From Octopus sinensis (taxonomy: Eukaryota): 64,000 nt of DNA. The stretch covers positions 75,826,001-75,890,000 of the forward strand of contig NC_043002.1 of assembly GCF_006345805.1 (NCBI RefSeq), read 5' to 3'. The translations under genes were made by a program, and so were the position numbers. Below, piece after piece: positions 14,015 through 26,201 of the stretch. The notes beneath the pieces are model-generated. The model worked only from the letters and a program-made list of their open reading frames with translations. It did not search any database and had not been told where the DNA came from. How positions within the stretch are numbered: the first letter of the stretch is position 1; every line of letters starts with the position of its first letter.

Positions 14015-14390
14015 ATATATAATGTGTGTATATGTCTGTGTGTATGTATGTGTGTGTGTGTGTGTGTGTATAAATGTGTCTGTATGTATATATATGTTTA
14101 TGTGTGTATAAATATATATGTGTATATGTATGTGTGTATATGTATGTATATGTGTGTGTATAAATGTGTGTATGTGTATATATATGTATATGTGTGTATA
14201 TGTATATGTGTAAATACATATACATACATATACATATATGTATATGTGTATATGTGTATATGTATGTGCGTATATGTCTATATATGTATGTGTGTGTATA
14301 AATTTATGTGTATATGTATATGTGTGTATATATATATATATATGTGTATGTGTGTGTATATGTATATACATACAAACATGTATACACACA
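14015..14390. repeat. Degenerate (TG)/(TA) low-complexity tract
   Basis: Directly visible. Confidence 0.9.
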
Positions 14391-14930
14391 TCTCTCTCAC
14401 TTGATGGAAAGGAAAGGAAAGATAAGTCATGGCTGAGCAAGAAGGGCTGGTTGAGTGGGTGGGTGGCCAGTTGGTGCACGGTGGGGTACGGGGGAGGTTT
14501 GTTGTTTCTTAACATGTAATGCAAATAGATATGTTGACAGCTAAGACCATCCCCATATGTGTGCTCAGGCACACATATGCAATCACACACACACAGACAT
14601 GCACGCTCGCACGCAGAGCGAACACAACAGTTAATGTCAACAATGCCATGGCTGTCACTGTGTACACACAGTCACAGCTTGTGAAATTATGATTCTCACT
14701 GTGTACATATGTGCTTTGTAAATGGCTTGTGTATATAGATATGCATACATACTTCCATCACACATCAATACACACACACACACGCGCACACATGTATATA
14801 CAGATCATCTGCAGAAAGATTTGCGTCTAAGTGTGTGTATGTGTTAAGATGTATGTATTTATGCCTAAATATAAGGATCTATTTACCTGTATGTATGTGC
14901 GTTACATAAACATAAAACAAATACAAATGT

Positions 14931-14968
<38 letters not shown>

Positions 14969-14976
14969 TATATTTT

Positions 14977-15007
<31 letters not shown>

Positions 15008-16521
15008 TACATACACACATACACACACACACTTATATTTATATATATATATATATACACACGCACACGTATGCATTTATATCTATATATACGCACATAT
15101 ACATATACGCATATATATATATATATGTATGTATGTGTGTGTGTGCATTTGCTATATATATATTTTAATTGCATACGTATGATTACATCTTGTATGCATG
15201 AATCATTGAAGCTATATATACAGAAACACACATAACGCACACATATCTGTAAGTGCCCACACACATACACAGCATTGAAGTATACATATACACATGTATA
15301 ACCTACCTACATACCACATATATGTTCACCCTGTTGTTTACATACATTATATATATATATATATATATATATGATATAATTTGTGCATGTATGTATATTT
15401 ATAGAAGACTGTATACACATGTATCGAAATATACTACACATTAACAATAAGACACAAACCCTATTATTTACTTACATTTTATATATGCATATGTATGTGT
15501 ATATATATCTATAATTTGTGCATGTATGTATGTATGTATATTTATAGAAGGCTGATTGAATGGTGTTTACATAGTAAGCAGCTAAGCACTTTGTCTTCTT
15601 TCGCTACAAACCGAATGCAATGAAAACACTGATGGTCTGACCAGTTGTCCAAGGCTGCCTCGTTCTCTCTCTCTCTTCGTTTTCCTCTCTCATCACCATC
15701 ATCGTGTCTGAAATGTTTGCTTTCTGCTTTGTAGACTGATGCTAAAGCTTTCTCTTTGTTAGAGCAAATAAAGTCCGTTATTAGAACATTCAACAACAAC
15801 CATTGGTGTGCTTGTAAGTGAAAACACCTACCAGATTGCACTTAAAACGTGTTGTGTCAATAATGACCATAAGTATGCATGTGTGCAAGCACACACGTCT
15901 GTGTATGCATATATGTGTGTGTGTAGGGCAGGGAGCGGGCGGGGTAGGGGTTGAGTCAGTATCTCTTAGATTGGGTACAAGGAAGAGCTTCTGATTGTTT
16001 TTTTTGTTTTTTTTTTGCTAGCATTTGCTTTAGTTTTGGTATATGACCTTGTTGTATCAAACAGCCTAGGGTAAGGAGAGTGGAAGAGCAAAAGAGGGAG
16101 AGAGACTGTGCATAAAATTAGAAAGAGTGTATTCAAGCAGTGAAGAGTGAGTTGGGGATAGTAAGAGGTAAACTCAGAAACTGTTTCAGGGGAGGAGGGT
16201 GAACTTCAAGGACAGTAGGAAGGTATTCACTGTTATTATATTTACGGTTCATCTTTCTATCTCTCCACCTCCATACACATATCACCATAATCATATTGTC
16301 ATTTATCCATTTCCTTTGCCAGCGTTGGTTGAGGATTTGAATTTACAAGCAAAACTAAAAGCTACTCAGTACATGTAGTTTATTCATTTGCTTGAAATTA
16401 AGGGTTTAGTTCGTTGCTATTCTGAATTTCCGATTTTTGCTTTCAACAGAACAACAATACACACACACATACATGCACATTATATATGGTGTGTTGCTCA
16501 TAAAATATATATTCTTTTCTA

Positions 16522-16728
16522 CTATAGGCACAAGGCCCAAAATTTTTGGGGAGGGGGCCAATCGATTAGATTGATCCCAGTATGCAACTGGTATTTAATT
16601 TATCGACTCCCAAAAGGATGAACAACAAAGTCGACCTGAGCGGAATTTGAACTCAGAATGTAAAGACAGATGAAACACCACTAAGTAATTCATCTCGTGT
16701 GCTAAGATTTCTACCAGCTTGTTGCTTT
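16522..16728 (-). mobile_element. SINE family B
   Basis: Reverse-complement core aaaggatgaa...aaagtcgacc...gaatttgaactcagaa. Confidence 0.8.
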
Positions 16729-17296
16729 GCACATGAAATATATATTAATTAACGATGAGGTATCTAAAGTACAAATATACAAGTTACAGTATCTGCTATG
16801 GTAATAGGTTAACTCAGGACCTCTTTATATGGCAGCTGATATTCTATACTATCAACTGGAAATGGAAATCAAATATGTCTCTTCTGAGAAGCAGTCAACA
16901 AGCTGTGAAATGTCTATCAGGAGTTTTCCTCTCTTTGTTCCTCCTCACACTGGAAATGTAGAAAAAATGTATTTGCATTCTTATAATTTTCTATCACAGC
17001 TAAGGCTCTTTTGGATATTTAAATTAATTTCAGTCATTCTTTATTCACACCGCTTATATTGTTTGTGTGTGGTTAAGTTGTAAATTACTTACATGTGTTC
17101 ATTTGATTGATGTACATGTAGCCTAACTGTGCAAATAGATCACATGGTTAAACCACAACCTTCACTGCAGAACTGACTGAACAGTAAAATGACTAGTTTC
17201 ATCTGTCTTTAAAAGCTCATCAGTAGTGCTTACATCTGATTTCTATGTGTACAGAGGCAGAAAGTAAGTTATAGCTACTTATGAAAAAAATGCAAA

Positions 17297-17334
<38 letters not shown>

Positions 17335-17487
17335 GCATATGTTTGTATGTGTGTGTTTGTGAGCATGGAATTCATAATCAGTATGTGAAAGTGAGGATCA
17401 GGACTAGTTTTGTCTTTCTTAAAACTCATCAGGGATCACTTCCTGTCTCAACACCTGTAGCAAAGAATTTATCTACTTCTGAAACTA

Positions 17488-17873
17488 TTGGCATAAAATT
17501 TTGGCTCAAGGCCAACAAGTTTGGTGGAGCGGGTAAGTCAACTACATTGAAACCTTGTGCTGAACTGGTACTTACTTTATCGACCCCAAAAGGATGAAAA
17601 GCGAAGTTGACCTTGGCGGAATTTTAACTTAGAATGTAAAGACAGACGAAATACCTATTTCTTTACTACCCACAAGGGGCTAAACACAGAGAGGACAAAC
17701 AAGGACAGACAAACAGATTAAGTTGATTATATCAACCCCAGTGCGTACGTAACTAGTACTTATTTAATCAACCCCAAAAGGATGAAAGGCACTCGGTGGA
17801 ATTTGAACTCAGAATATAACCGCAGATGAAATACCATTAAGCATGCCACCTGGCATGTTAACGTTTCACCGCT
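17488..17873 (-). mobile_element. Two fused or nested SINE family B copies
   Basis: Core occurs twice; junction at gacgaaatacc|tatttctttactacccac (about 17655). Confidence 0.8.
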
Positions 17874-18197
17874 TACTTATGAAAACATTAACAAACTATT
17901 ATTGACATGAAAAAACAATTTACAAAGGTACATGATTCACAGCTGAGATTTAATAAAAGATATACCAACTATATAATCAATAAGTAGTTATGAATAAACA
18001 TGTGTACAAATTTCATATGCTGTGTAGGTCTGTAAAGAGTTACAGGCTTCTTCAATTAATCTCATAAAAATGATTATTATTATTATTTATTTATTTATTT
18101 TTTTGATATTTACTGATGATTCCTTTCCTTTCGTTATCCTCATTACCCATTACTAAAATATCATAACCTATATTTTCTTCTTTCTTTGTCTCTACAG

Positions 18198-18355
18198 GTG
18201 CCTGGTTGAGATTGTGGATTGTTGTCAGTACCTTGCACAACAGAGCGGTGACTTTAGCCACAGTGGAGTGACCACAGTGCTAATTAGTAATGACCTAAAC
18301 ACATGCGATGGATCAAATTTCATTAAGGACATGCAAAACAAAGGCCAATGCCAAG
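18198..18355 (+). CDS. SMG5: Penultimate coding exon of an SMG5/EST1B-like nonsense-mediated decay factor (PIN domain)
   Basis: Polypyrimidine acceptor ttttcttctttctttgtctctacag|G at 18197/8 and donor CAAG|gtaat at 18355/6; 158 nt, phase 2 in and phase 1 out. Translation (x)CLVEIVDCCQYLAQQSGDFSHSGVTTVLISNDLNTCDGSNFIKDMQNKGQCQ resembles human SMG5 as recalled (WTLYKILDSCKQL...SGMVTIITG). Identity is from memory, not a database search. Confidence 0.78.
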
Positions 18356-18515
18356 GTAATTATTCGCTTCTAATTTCTTTCTCCCAGAATAATGAACAGC
18401 AATGTCTACTTTGGAGGGATTGGCTTTTGTCTCTCTCCCTGGTCAGTAAAATAATTACCGTAAAATAGTTACATACTTAGATCGAAGTAATCAACTGTAA
18501 TCTTCCACAAAAAAT

Positions 18516-19060
18516 GGTGCAGGAGTGGCTGTGTGGTAAGATGTTTGCTTCCTAACCACACAAGTTCCGAGTTCAGTCCCACTGCATGGCACCTTGGGCA
18601 AGTATCTTATATCATAGCTTCAGGCTGACCAAAGCCAAAAAGCACTATCCGATTGTGGCTGTTTGCCAGCCTCGTCTGGCACGTAAAAAGCACCCACTAC
18701 ACTCACGGAGTGGTTGGCATTAGGAAGGGCATCCAGCCATAGAAACATTGCCAGATCAGACTGGGCCTGGTGCAGCCTTCTGGCTTCCCAGACCCCAGTT
18801 GAACCGTCCAACCCATGCTAGCATGGAAAGCGGATGCTAAACGATGATGATGTATATATATCTATGTGTCTATGTCTTTGTGTCTGTGTTTGTCCCCCAC
18901 CACTGCTTGACAAGTTAGTGGTTTGGCAAAAGAGACCGATAAAATGAGTTCAGGTTTAAAAAAAATAATTACTGGTGTCAATTTATTTGAGAAACATTGT
19001 TCAAAGTGGTGCCCCAGAATGGCCACAATCTAATGACTGAAACAAAAAAATAAAAAAGAT
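18516..19060 (+). mobile_element. SINE family A interrupted by another retroposon 3' end (about 18640-18852)
   Basis: Family A head and tail are separated by ...ggaagggcatccagc...aacccatgctagcatggaa...aaacgatgatgatg, a tail also seen at about 11855, 34200, 41530 and 43560. Confidence 0.75.
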
Positions 19061-19211
19061 GTGGTCTTGTGCCATTGCTAGAAATGATATTTAGTATTGT
19101 TGTTATTTAACCATTGGTCAACTCTGATCCTGCTGACCTATTTTCTATGAGAAACATTGCAGCCTAAATTTAGGTACTGTATGCCTGCATTGACCAATAT
19201 AGGATTGATAA

Positions 19212-19452
19212 GGGCAGCGAGCTGGCAGAATCATTAGCATGCCAGGAAAAATACTTAGCAGTATTTCATCGGCCGTTACGTTTTGAGTTCAAATTCCGCT
19301 GAGAGCGGCTTTGCCTTTCATCCTTTTGGGGTCGATTAAATAAGCACCAGTTATGCACTGGGGTCAATGAAATCAACTTAATCCTTTTGTCTGTCCTTGT
19401 ATGTCCCCTCTATGTTTAGCCCCCCCCCCCCTCTGGGCAATAAACAAATAAA
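19212..19452 (+). mobile_element. SINE family B, full length
   Basis: Same tail subtype as 6553-6790 and 17656-17873, opposite orientation. Confidence 0.85.
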
Positions 19453-19587
19453 TATAGGGTTGATAGATGGTACAATGTGATTTGTGAGTTTGAGGAAGAT
19501 TTTATTCTTATTTCTGAACCCAAAACCTAAAGACCTTGAATGACTGCTGCTGGGCATTTTTTTTTTTTGCACCTTATTTATTTCTGA

Positions 19588-19970
19588 TATAGGCACAGGG
19601 CCTGAAATTTGGGGATGGTGACTTACATTGACCCTAGTACTTGAGTGCTACTTTATTTTATTGACCTCAAAAGAATAAAAGGCAAACTTGACCTCAAGGG
19701 GATTTGAACTCAGAACATAAAGGGCCAAAAGAAATACTGCATACCATTTTCTGGGCACCATTACATATATGATACTGCTTTATGATTTAGGTACAAAGCC
19801 AGCAATTTTGAGGGGGTGGAAGTTAGTCAGTTACATTGACCCCCAACATTTGACTGGAACCTTGCTTTATCAAATCTGAAAGAATGAAAGGCAATACAGA
19901 ACTTGGTGGGATTTGAACTTAGAATGTGAAAAGCCAGAACAAATACCATCAGGCATTTTATCCACGGCAC
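19588..19970 (-). mobile_element. Two older SINE family B copies in tandem
   Basis: Two decayed reverse-complement cores. Confidence 0.7.
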
Positions 19971-20417
19971 CGACCAAAGTTTGAAATCATTACCATATTA
20001 TTTATTCTTTGTAGTTATTGTTGATGGCCTTATTTTACTTTATGTAAATCCTTCAATATATTTTTGTATTTTGCCTTTGTTATGTCCCCTGACATATTAG
20101 GCCCTTGTGGTCAATAACAGAAGCCGTCATTGTTGATGATGTCGATTTTATTTTTTTTTCCTTTCTTTTTCTTCCCCTTCTCCTCCATCTCCTGTAATGG
20201 CCATTTCTATTATTGGAAGAAACCAACACCATTAGAGTGGCATTATCTACTTGAAGCTATAAATACTTACCTGTATTGCTAGGGAAGGTAAAGAGAAAGG
20301 CGAGCAAGAGGAGAGTGAGAGAGAGAGAGGGGTGGGGTGGGTGGGGAGAGAAAGCAAACAAGGAGCCAAAAAAATACATATATAAAGCCCTCTACCCTTA
20401 CCACTCACTGTTACAAA

Positions 20418-20528
20418 TATACATACATATATATATATATAAATATATATAAATATATATATATATATATGTATATATATGTTATTATATATATGTATAT
20501 ATATGTATATATATATATGATATATATG

Positions 20529-20565
<37 letters not shown>

Positions 20566-21105
20566 GTATATATATGTATATGTATATATATGTATATGTA
20601 TAATATATATGTGTATATATATGTATATGTATAATATGTATAGTATATATATATATGTATATATATATGTGTATATATATATGTATATATATATATTGTG
20701 TATATATATATATGTATATGTATAATATATGTGTATATATATTGGTGTATATATATATGTATATGTATATATATATGTAATATATATATGTATATGTATA
20801 TATATATGTATATATATATGTATATATACATATATGTATGTATATATATATATATGTATGTATATATATATGTATGTATATATATATGTATGTATATATA
20901 TATGTATGTATATATATATGTATATAATATATTATATATATATGCATATATATATGTATATATATATATATATGTATATATATATGTATATATACATATG
21001 TATATATATATGGTTATATTATATATAATTATATATATGTATATGTATATATGTATATGTATTATATAGGTATATAATATATATATATATATATATATAT
21101 GATAT
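20418..21105. repeat. ~690-bp imperfect (TA)n/(TATG)n tract
   Basis: Directly visible. Confidence 0.95.
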
Positions 21106-21623
21106 GATTATTGAAAATGAAAAAGAAAAGAAAAAAGAGGGAAATCTGTTTTGTAATTACAGTAGAAGCAGCAGAAATATTGTAAAATTGAGATGTGAGT
21201 ATTTCCATTACTGGTGAGTGATGTCTTTCCTGGCTTTGCTTTCACTCCTTTGTTAACTGTTGTAAAGGAGGCTAAATGATGCTGGCAGAATACAATTAGC
21301 TGGCTGTCTCCATATGTATCTGTGGACCACTGCCTGGTGTGAATTATTGTCCTCACCACCTTACCATTTAAAGTAGATTCAAAAGACCTGGCTGGCTTGT
21401 GACAGACACACTGGAGGAAGGAAGGAGTGGGAGATGGAGTGTGTGGGGGGGGGGTGAAGTGAAAGGGAGAAGGAGAGAGAGTTGAGTGGATGAGGAGATG
21501 ATTGAGAAGAAAGAAAGAGAGAGAGAGAGAGAGAGAGATTGGCTGACTTGGCTTTTACAGACAATCATTTCACATCCACATTCCACAAAGGTTGGAACTA
21601 ATCAGACTTAAGTTCTCAGAAAA

Positions 21624-21661
<38 letters not shown>

Positions 21662-21886
21662 AGATAGACATAACAGTAGCAACAACAACAAAAAGGATTA
21701 TACCTATAATGAAAGTGCAGGCATGGCTGCTAGAAAGGTTGGCTGGTCATAAAGATTGGCTAATTTCTTTATTCACCTTCCCATCATCATGGCTTTTTAC
21801 CCATCTTTCCTTCAACACCTTCTCCACTTCTACCCTGGTCTCATCATCATTTTCTACTCTATTTTATCATTACATACTTGTCTCTT

Positions 21887-21925
<39 letters not shown>

Positions 21926-22557
21926 ATCTATCTGTCTATCTGTCTCAATATTTATTCTCTATTTGTATCACCTTCCCTATATGAATGACAATTCTCTGAC
22001 CTCAATCGCCTCTCTTCTTTCTTCACTGCGTTTTCTCCCGATTCCATTTCTTATATATTTATTACTCTACTGAAGTGATACACTATCCATTTTCCAGATG
22101 AAGTTCTTGAAAAATCTCTATATTAAAAGACCATTCTGGCAGTGGCCTGGAAGTACATTTTTTGGAGTGGTTTGCTGTCAGGATCAATCTGTTAGCTTAT
22201 GTGTTGAGAGTTAGTCAAATCTTAACTCCAAGTCATTCAGTCTTGAGGTGGTACAATGAACGACTTATTAATCAGAAAAGCTAAGAGAACAATCTACTGA
22301 ATAGAGCTTGCACTTAAGTGATCTATCTTATTGCTTCAACCATTGAGTAGCTTGCTTTTTCTATTTTCTGACCTTTCTTGCTAGCTATGACAAGAAATTA
22401 GAGTTCATATAGTCTTCTTGCAAAAGCTATAAACTTTACTTTTTCTGTTTTGTTCACAAGTTGGTGATTTCAAACCTCACTGGAGACATCGTATTCTGTC
22501 TCTGATGATTCTCATGCAGCCAATTAATTTGTGCTGTTGTTAATGTTATTCCTAAGT

Positions 22558-22950
22558 CTTTTATCTTTTACTTGTTTCAGTCATTAGTCTGTGGCCATGC
22601 TGGGGCAACCCCCTTGAAGAATTTTTAGTCGACTGAATGGACTCCAGTACATTCTTTTTTAAGCTTAGTTCTTATTCCATTGGTCTCTTTTGCTGAACTG
22701 TTAAGTGACAGGGATGTAAACATACCAGCACTGGTTGTCAAGTGGTGGCGGTGGTGGTGGACAAACACAGACACAAAACACACACATACACCCACACAAC
22801 AGGTTTCTTTCAGTTTCCATCCACCAAACCCACTCACAAGGCTTTGGTCAGCTCAAGGCTTGAGTAGAAGACACTTGCCCAAGGTGCCATGCAGTGGGAC
22901 TGATCCCAGAACCATGTGGTTGAAAAGTAAACTTCTTACCACACAGTCAC
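22558..22950 (-). mobile_element. SINE family A
   Basis: Reverse-orientation homologue. Confidence 0.82.
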
Positions 22951-23289
22951 AGCTACACTTCATAATTCTGAAAATATTTTAGACAAATTGTAGGAACCTA
23001 TATTACTCATTAAATGAGTAGAAGAAATTTTGACATGGATAGATATTATTATTGCAAGGATGTAAGGAGTAGAATTATTACTGGCAGTTCCACACATGGC
23101 ATCCAAAAGTTCCTCTTGGCTTCATACATCTTGAGTTCAAATCCTGCAATGGTCAACTTTGCTTTTTTCATCCTTTCTGAGTTGATAAAATAAAATACCG
23201 GTCAAGCATTACGGTTGATGGTATTAACTAATTCCCTGCCTTCAAAAATGTTGGCCTTGTACCAAAATTTGAAATCAATATTATTATTA

Positions 23290-23812
23290 TTGAGTGAGAG
23301 AGCAATGCATGCCATCAAAGTGACATTGGGATACAAATATATGAAACCCAATTTACCCATCATGATTACTCATCTGATAAGGGTACACCAGGTGCATGCA
23401 TCACAACCATATGTGTGTAACATAGTGATCTCATATCAGTTAGAATTTTCTTCAAGTTGAGTAGCTTATCCCACTCAAAAGGTCCCTGAATAAAGGTTGT
23501 TTAAGGATGATGAACAAAACACCCATGTTTCCAGAGGTAAATTATCCAAGTCCCAAAGAATCCCTCTCAGCACATGGCTATGATGCTCCCCCACTACTTC
23601 TGCTCACAATCAGAGATGCCCATATTGTCGGCCACCAAGAGACATACTCAACTGGTTAAAGTCAAGCAACTAACAAGCAAATCTGGTATTGAGTAGAATA
23701 TTTGTTGTTGCCCATCTTTGTATACCAAGACAAAACAATGTACATGATAACACTTCCAATCAGTTAAGATCAGAAGCCACGAGAGCCACTGCCTGGTACT
23801 ACATCAGGGCAT
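23290..23812. mobile_element. Unclassified interspersed repeat flanked by (TTA)n
   Basis: Second copy at 36878-37216 begins with the same tgagtgagagagca.tgcatgccatcaaagtgaca and is also flanked by TTA runs. Confidence 0.75.
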
Positions 23813-24251
23813 TTATTATTATTATTATTATTAATTTCTATTTGCAGCTGTTTTTTTTTTTGTTTGTTTTTTTTTAATAAATTATTTGTAAAATTTTAGT
23901 TATGACTAGAATCCACAATCCTATAATTCCAGGAGCTATTTGCATAATTCTCTTCATTAAAGAAATACTTTTGGATACATGTTGTTGTTGTTGCTGTTGT
24001 TAATGTGAGAAATAAATTAAGTTACCAGCCATAATCAGATGAAAATATTGACTGCAAAAATTTAACCTTGCAGTGATATGGTAAAACAAGTATGGCATAA
24101 TAGAGTCATTAATAATCTTTGGCATAATTAGCTGAAACAATAACGAAAGAGGTAGTCGATAATTTTCACTGCACTGATGTGTTTGTGGCTTCTGTTTCTG
24201 TGGGAGTTGACTGTGAATTTTTTGTCTGGTGGAGAAATGTTTTTTTTTATA

Positions 24252-24667
24252 GGTGTAGGAGTGGCTGTGTGGTAAGTAGCTTGCTTACGAACCATATGGT
24301 TGCGGGTTCAGTCCCACTGCATGGCACCTTGGGCAAGTGTCTTCTACTATAGCCTCGGGCTGACCAAAACCTTGTGAGTGGATTTGGTAGATGGAAACTG
24401 AAAGACGCCTGTCGTATATATGTATATATATATATATATGTGTGTGTGTATATATTTGTGTGTCTGTGTTTGTCCCCCTCCAACATTGCTTGACAATTGA
24501 TGCTGGTGTGTTTATGTTTCCGTAACTTAGCAGTTCAGCAAAAGAGACCGATAGGGTAAGTACTAGGCTTACAAAGAATAAGTCCTGGGGGTTGATTTGC
24601 TTGACTAGAGGCGTTGCTCCAGCATGGCCACAGCTAAGTGACTGACACAAGTAAAAGAGTAAAAGAG
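24252..24667 (+). mobile_element. SINE family A, full length
   Basis: Homologue of 4693-5090. Confidence 0.88.
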
Positions 24668-25723
24668 CCCCAAGTTAGCTCTCACTCAGCAGACCTATTG
24701 ATGCAAAGCATTCCAGCCATGGCCATCTTGTTCTTCATTTTGTTATTGCATAGCTAGAATTACATTATGTAATGTTTTTTTTCCCTTCTTTTCATGGCTG
24801 TAAGATATTTGAGGGAGATATGACTGTTGTTTCTAGCAGGTTAAGTTACCAGCTACAGGCTCCTTCGTTGGCATGTGTTTCTCTCTGTTTTACTTGTTTT
24901 AGTCGTTGGACTGTGACCATGTTGGGGCATACCTTTAAGGGCTGAACAGATTGATGCCAGTAGTTATATTGCTAAGTCTGATACTTATTCTATATGCGAC
25001 ATTATGGGGACATAAACAAACCAACACTGGCTGTCAAGTGGTTGTGGAGGCAAACACAAAGACACACACACATTTATCTAAGGGGAGGGGGCTTTGAAAG
25101 GGGTCTCAGGGAGTAGTGTCCCTGCCTTCTTGGGCTAGTTTGCCACCACATTTCTTTAAAATCATAGTAGGGGCCTTGGTCTCGGACCACTCATGTCTAG
25201 AAATTGAGGTTGGGGGTAAGCAAGGGCATGATCCCCGTAGAAAATCCAGCTCCAAAAAAGTCTCATGATAAAAAAGGAAGATAGGCACTTGTCAGCCAGC
25301 CCAAAGGTTTGGTTGGGCTGCACCTGCCTACCTCAATTGCTATGGCGTCAAGGTAGATCCTGCCACCCTAGTTAACGGGGACAAAACCTGGGTTTAAAAC
25401 ACTGAATGTTGATAAGCACATTCACACATGTATACACATGACAGACTTTAGATTACATTGATTTAGTTCTCTCACAAGGTCCAGAGGACATTTGCCCAAA
25501 GAGCTGTGCAGTGAAACTGAACCCCAAACCCTATAACAACAGGCTTCCATACAGTTTCTGTCTACCAAATTCACTCCCACGGTGTTGGTCAGTCTGGGGC
25601 TATGATAGAAGACACTTGCCTAAGGTACCATGTAGTGGGATTTGAACTCAAAACCATGTCATTCATTGCAAAGCAAGCTCTTTAACCATAGCTGTGCTTG
25701 TTGTATATGTTTCTATATGTCAA

Positions 25724-26045
25724 GGTGCTTGGCTTAGTGGTTAGGGGCATTCGGCTAATGATTGTAAGGTCATGAGTTCAATTCCCAGCGGTGCGTTGTG
25801 TCCTTGAGCCAGACACTTTATTTCACGTTGCTCCAGTCCACTCAGCTGGCAAAAATGAGTAGTACCTGTATTTCAAAGGGTCAGCCTTGTCACACTCTGT
25901 GTCACACTGAATCTCCCTGAGAACTACGTTAAGGGTACACGTGTTTGTGGAGTGCTCAGCTACTTGCACGTTAATTTCATGAGCAAGCTGTTCTGTTGAT
26001 TGGATCAGCTGGGACCCTCGTCATCGCAACTGATGGAGTGCTCCT
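25724..26045 (+). mobile_element. tRNA-derived SINE family D
   Basis: tggcttagtggttag A-box, gagttcaattccc B-box and ttgtgtccttgagc.agacacttt; ends about 90 nt upstream of the terminal-exon acceptor. Confidence 0.8.
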
Positions 26046-26133
26046 AAATATTTCTATAAGTTGGTTGATTAGTTTTGATTTCTCTTCAGATACAATTATT
26101 GTCATTTTCTCTTTCTCTTCTTTGTATTTGCAG

Positions 26134-26201
26134 ATATTTCCTTTGAAAAAATTACTGACTTTGTCAGCAAATGGAAAGGAATATGGAAAAGTAAAGGTTG
26201 A
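26134..26201 (+). CDS. SMG5: Terminal coding exon of the SMG5-like gene
   Basis: Strong acceptor ttttctctttctcttctttgtatttgcag|AT. It continues phase 1 from the 18355 donor (G|AT = Asp), giving DISFEKITDFVSKWKGIWKSKG and TGA at 26199-26201. This matches the recalled SMG5 C-terminus VDIKNVLDFYKQWKEIG* in pattern and position. Confidence 0.78.

Noticed and set aside
15735-15813. 79-nt exon-like segment (tttgtag|...|gtaagt; TDAKAFSLLEQIKSVIRTFNNNHWCA)
   Set aside because: The open frame is phase 0 to 1, incompatible with the phase-2 acceptor at 18198, and the peptide is not recognised. It could only act as a poison exon, which is unsupported.
21163-21213. Possible poison or alternative exon in the last SMG5-like intron (ttacag|...|gtgagt)
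   Set aside because: Weak pyrimidine tract; such sites are common by chance
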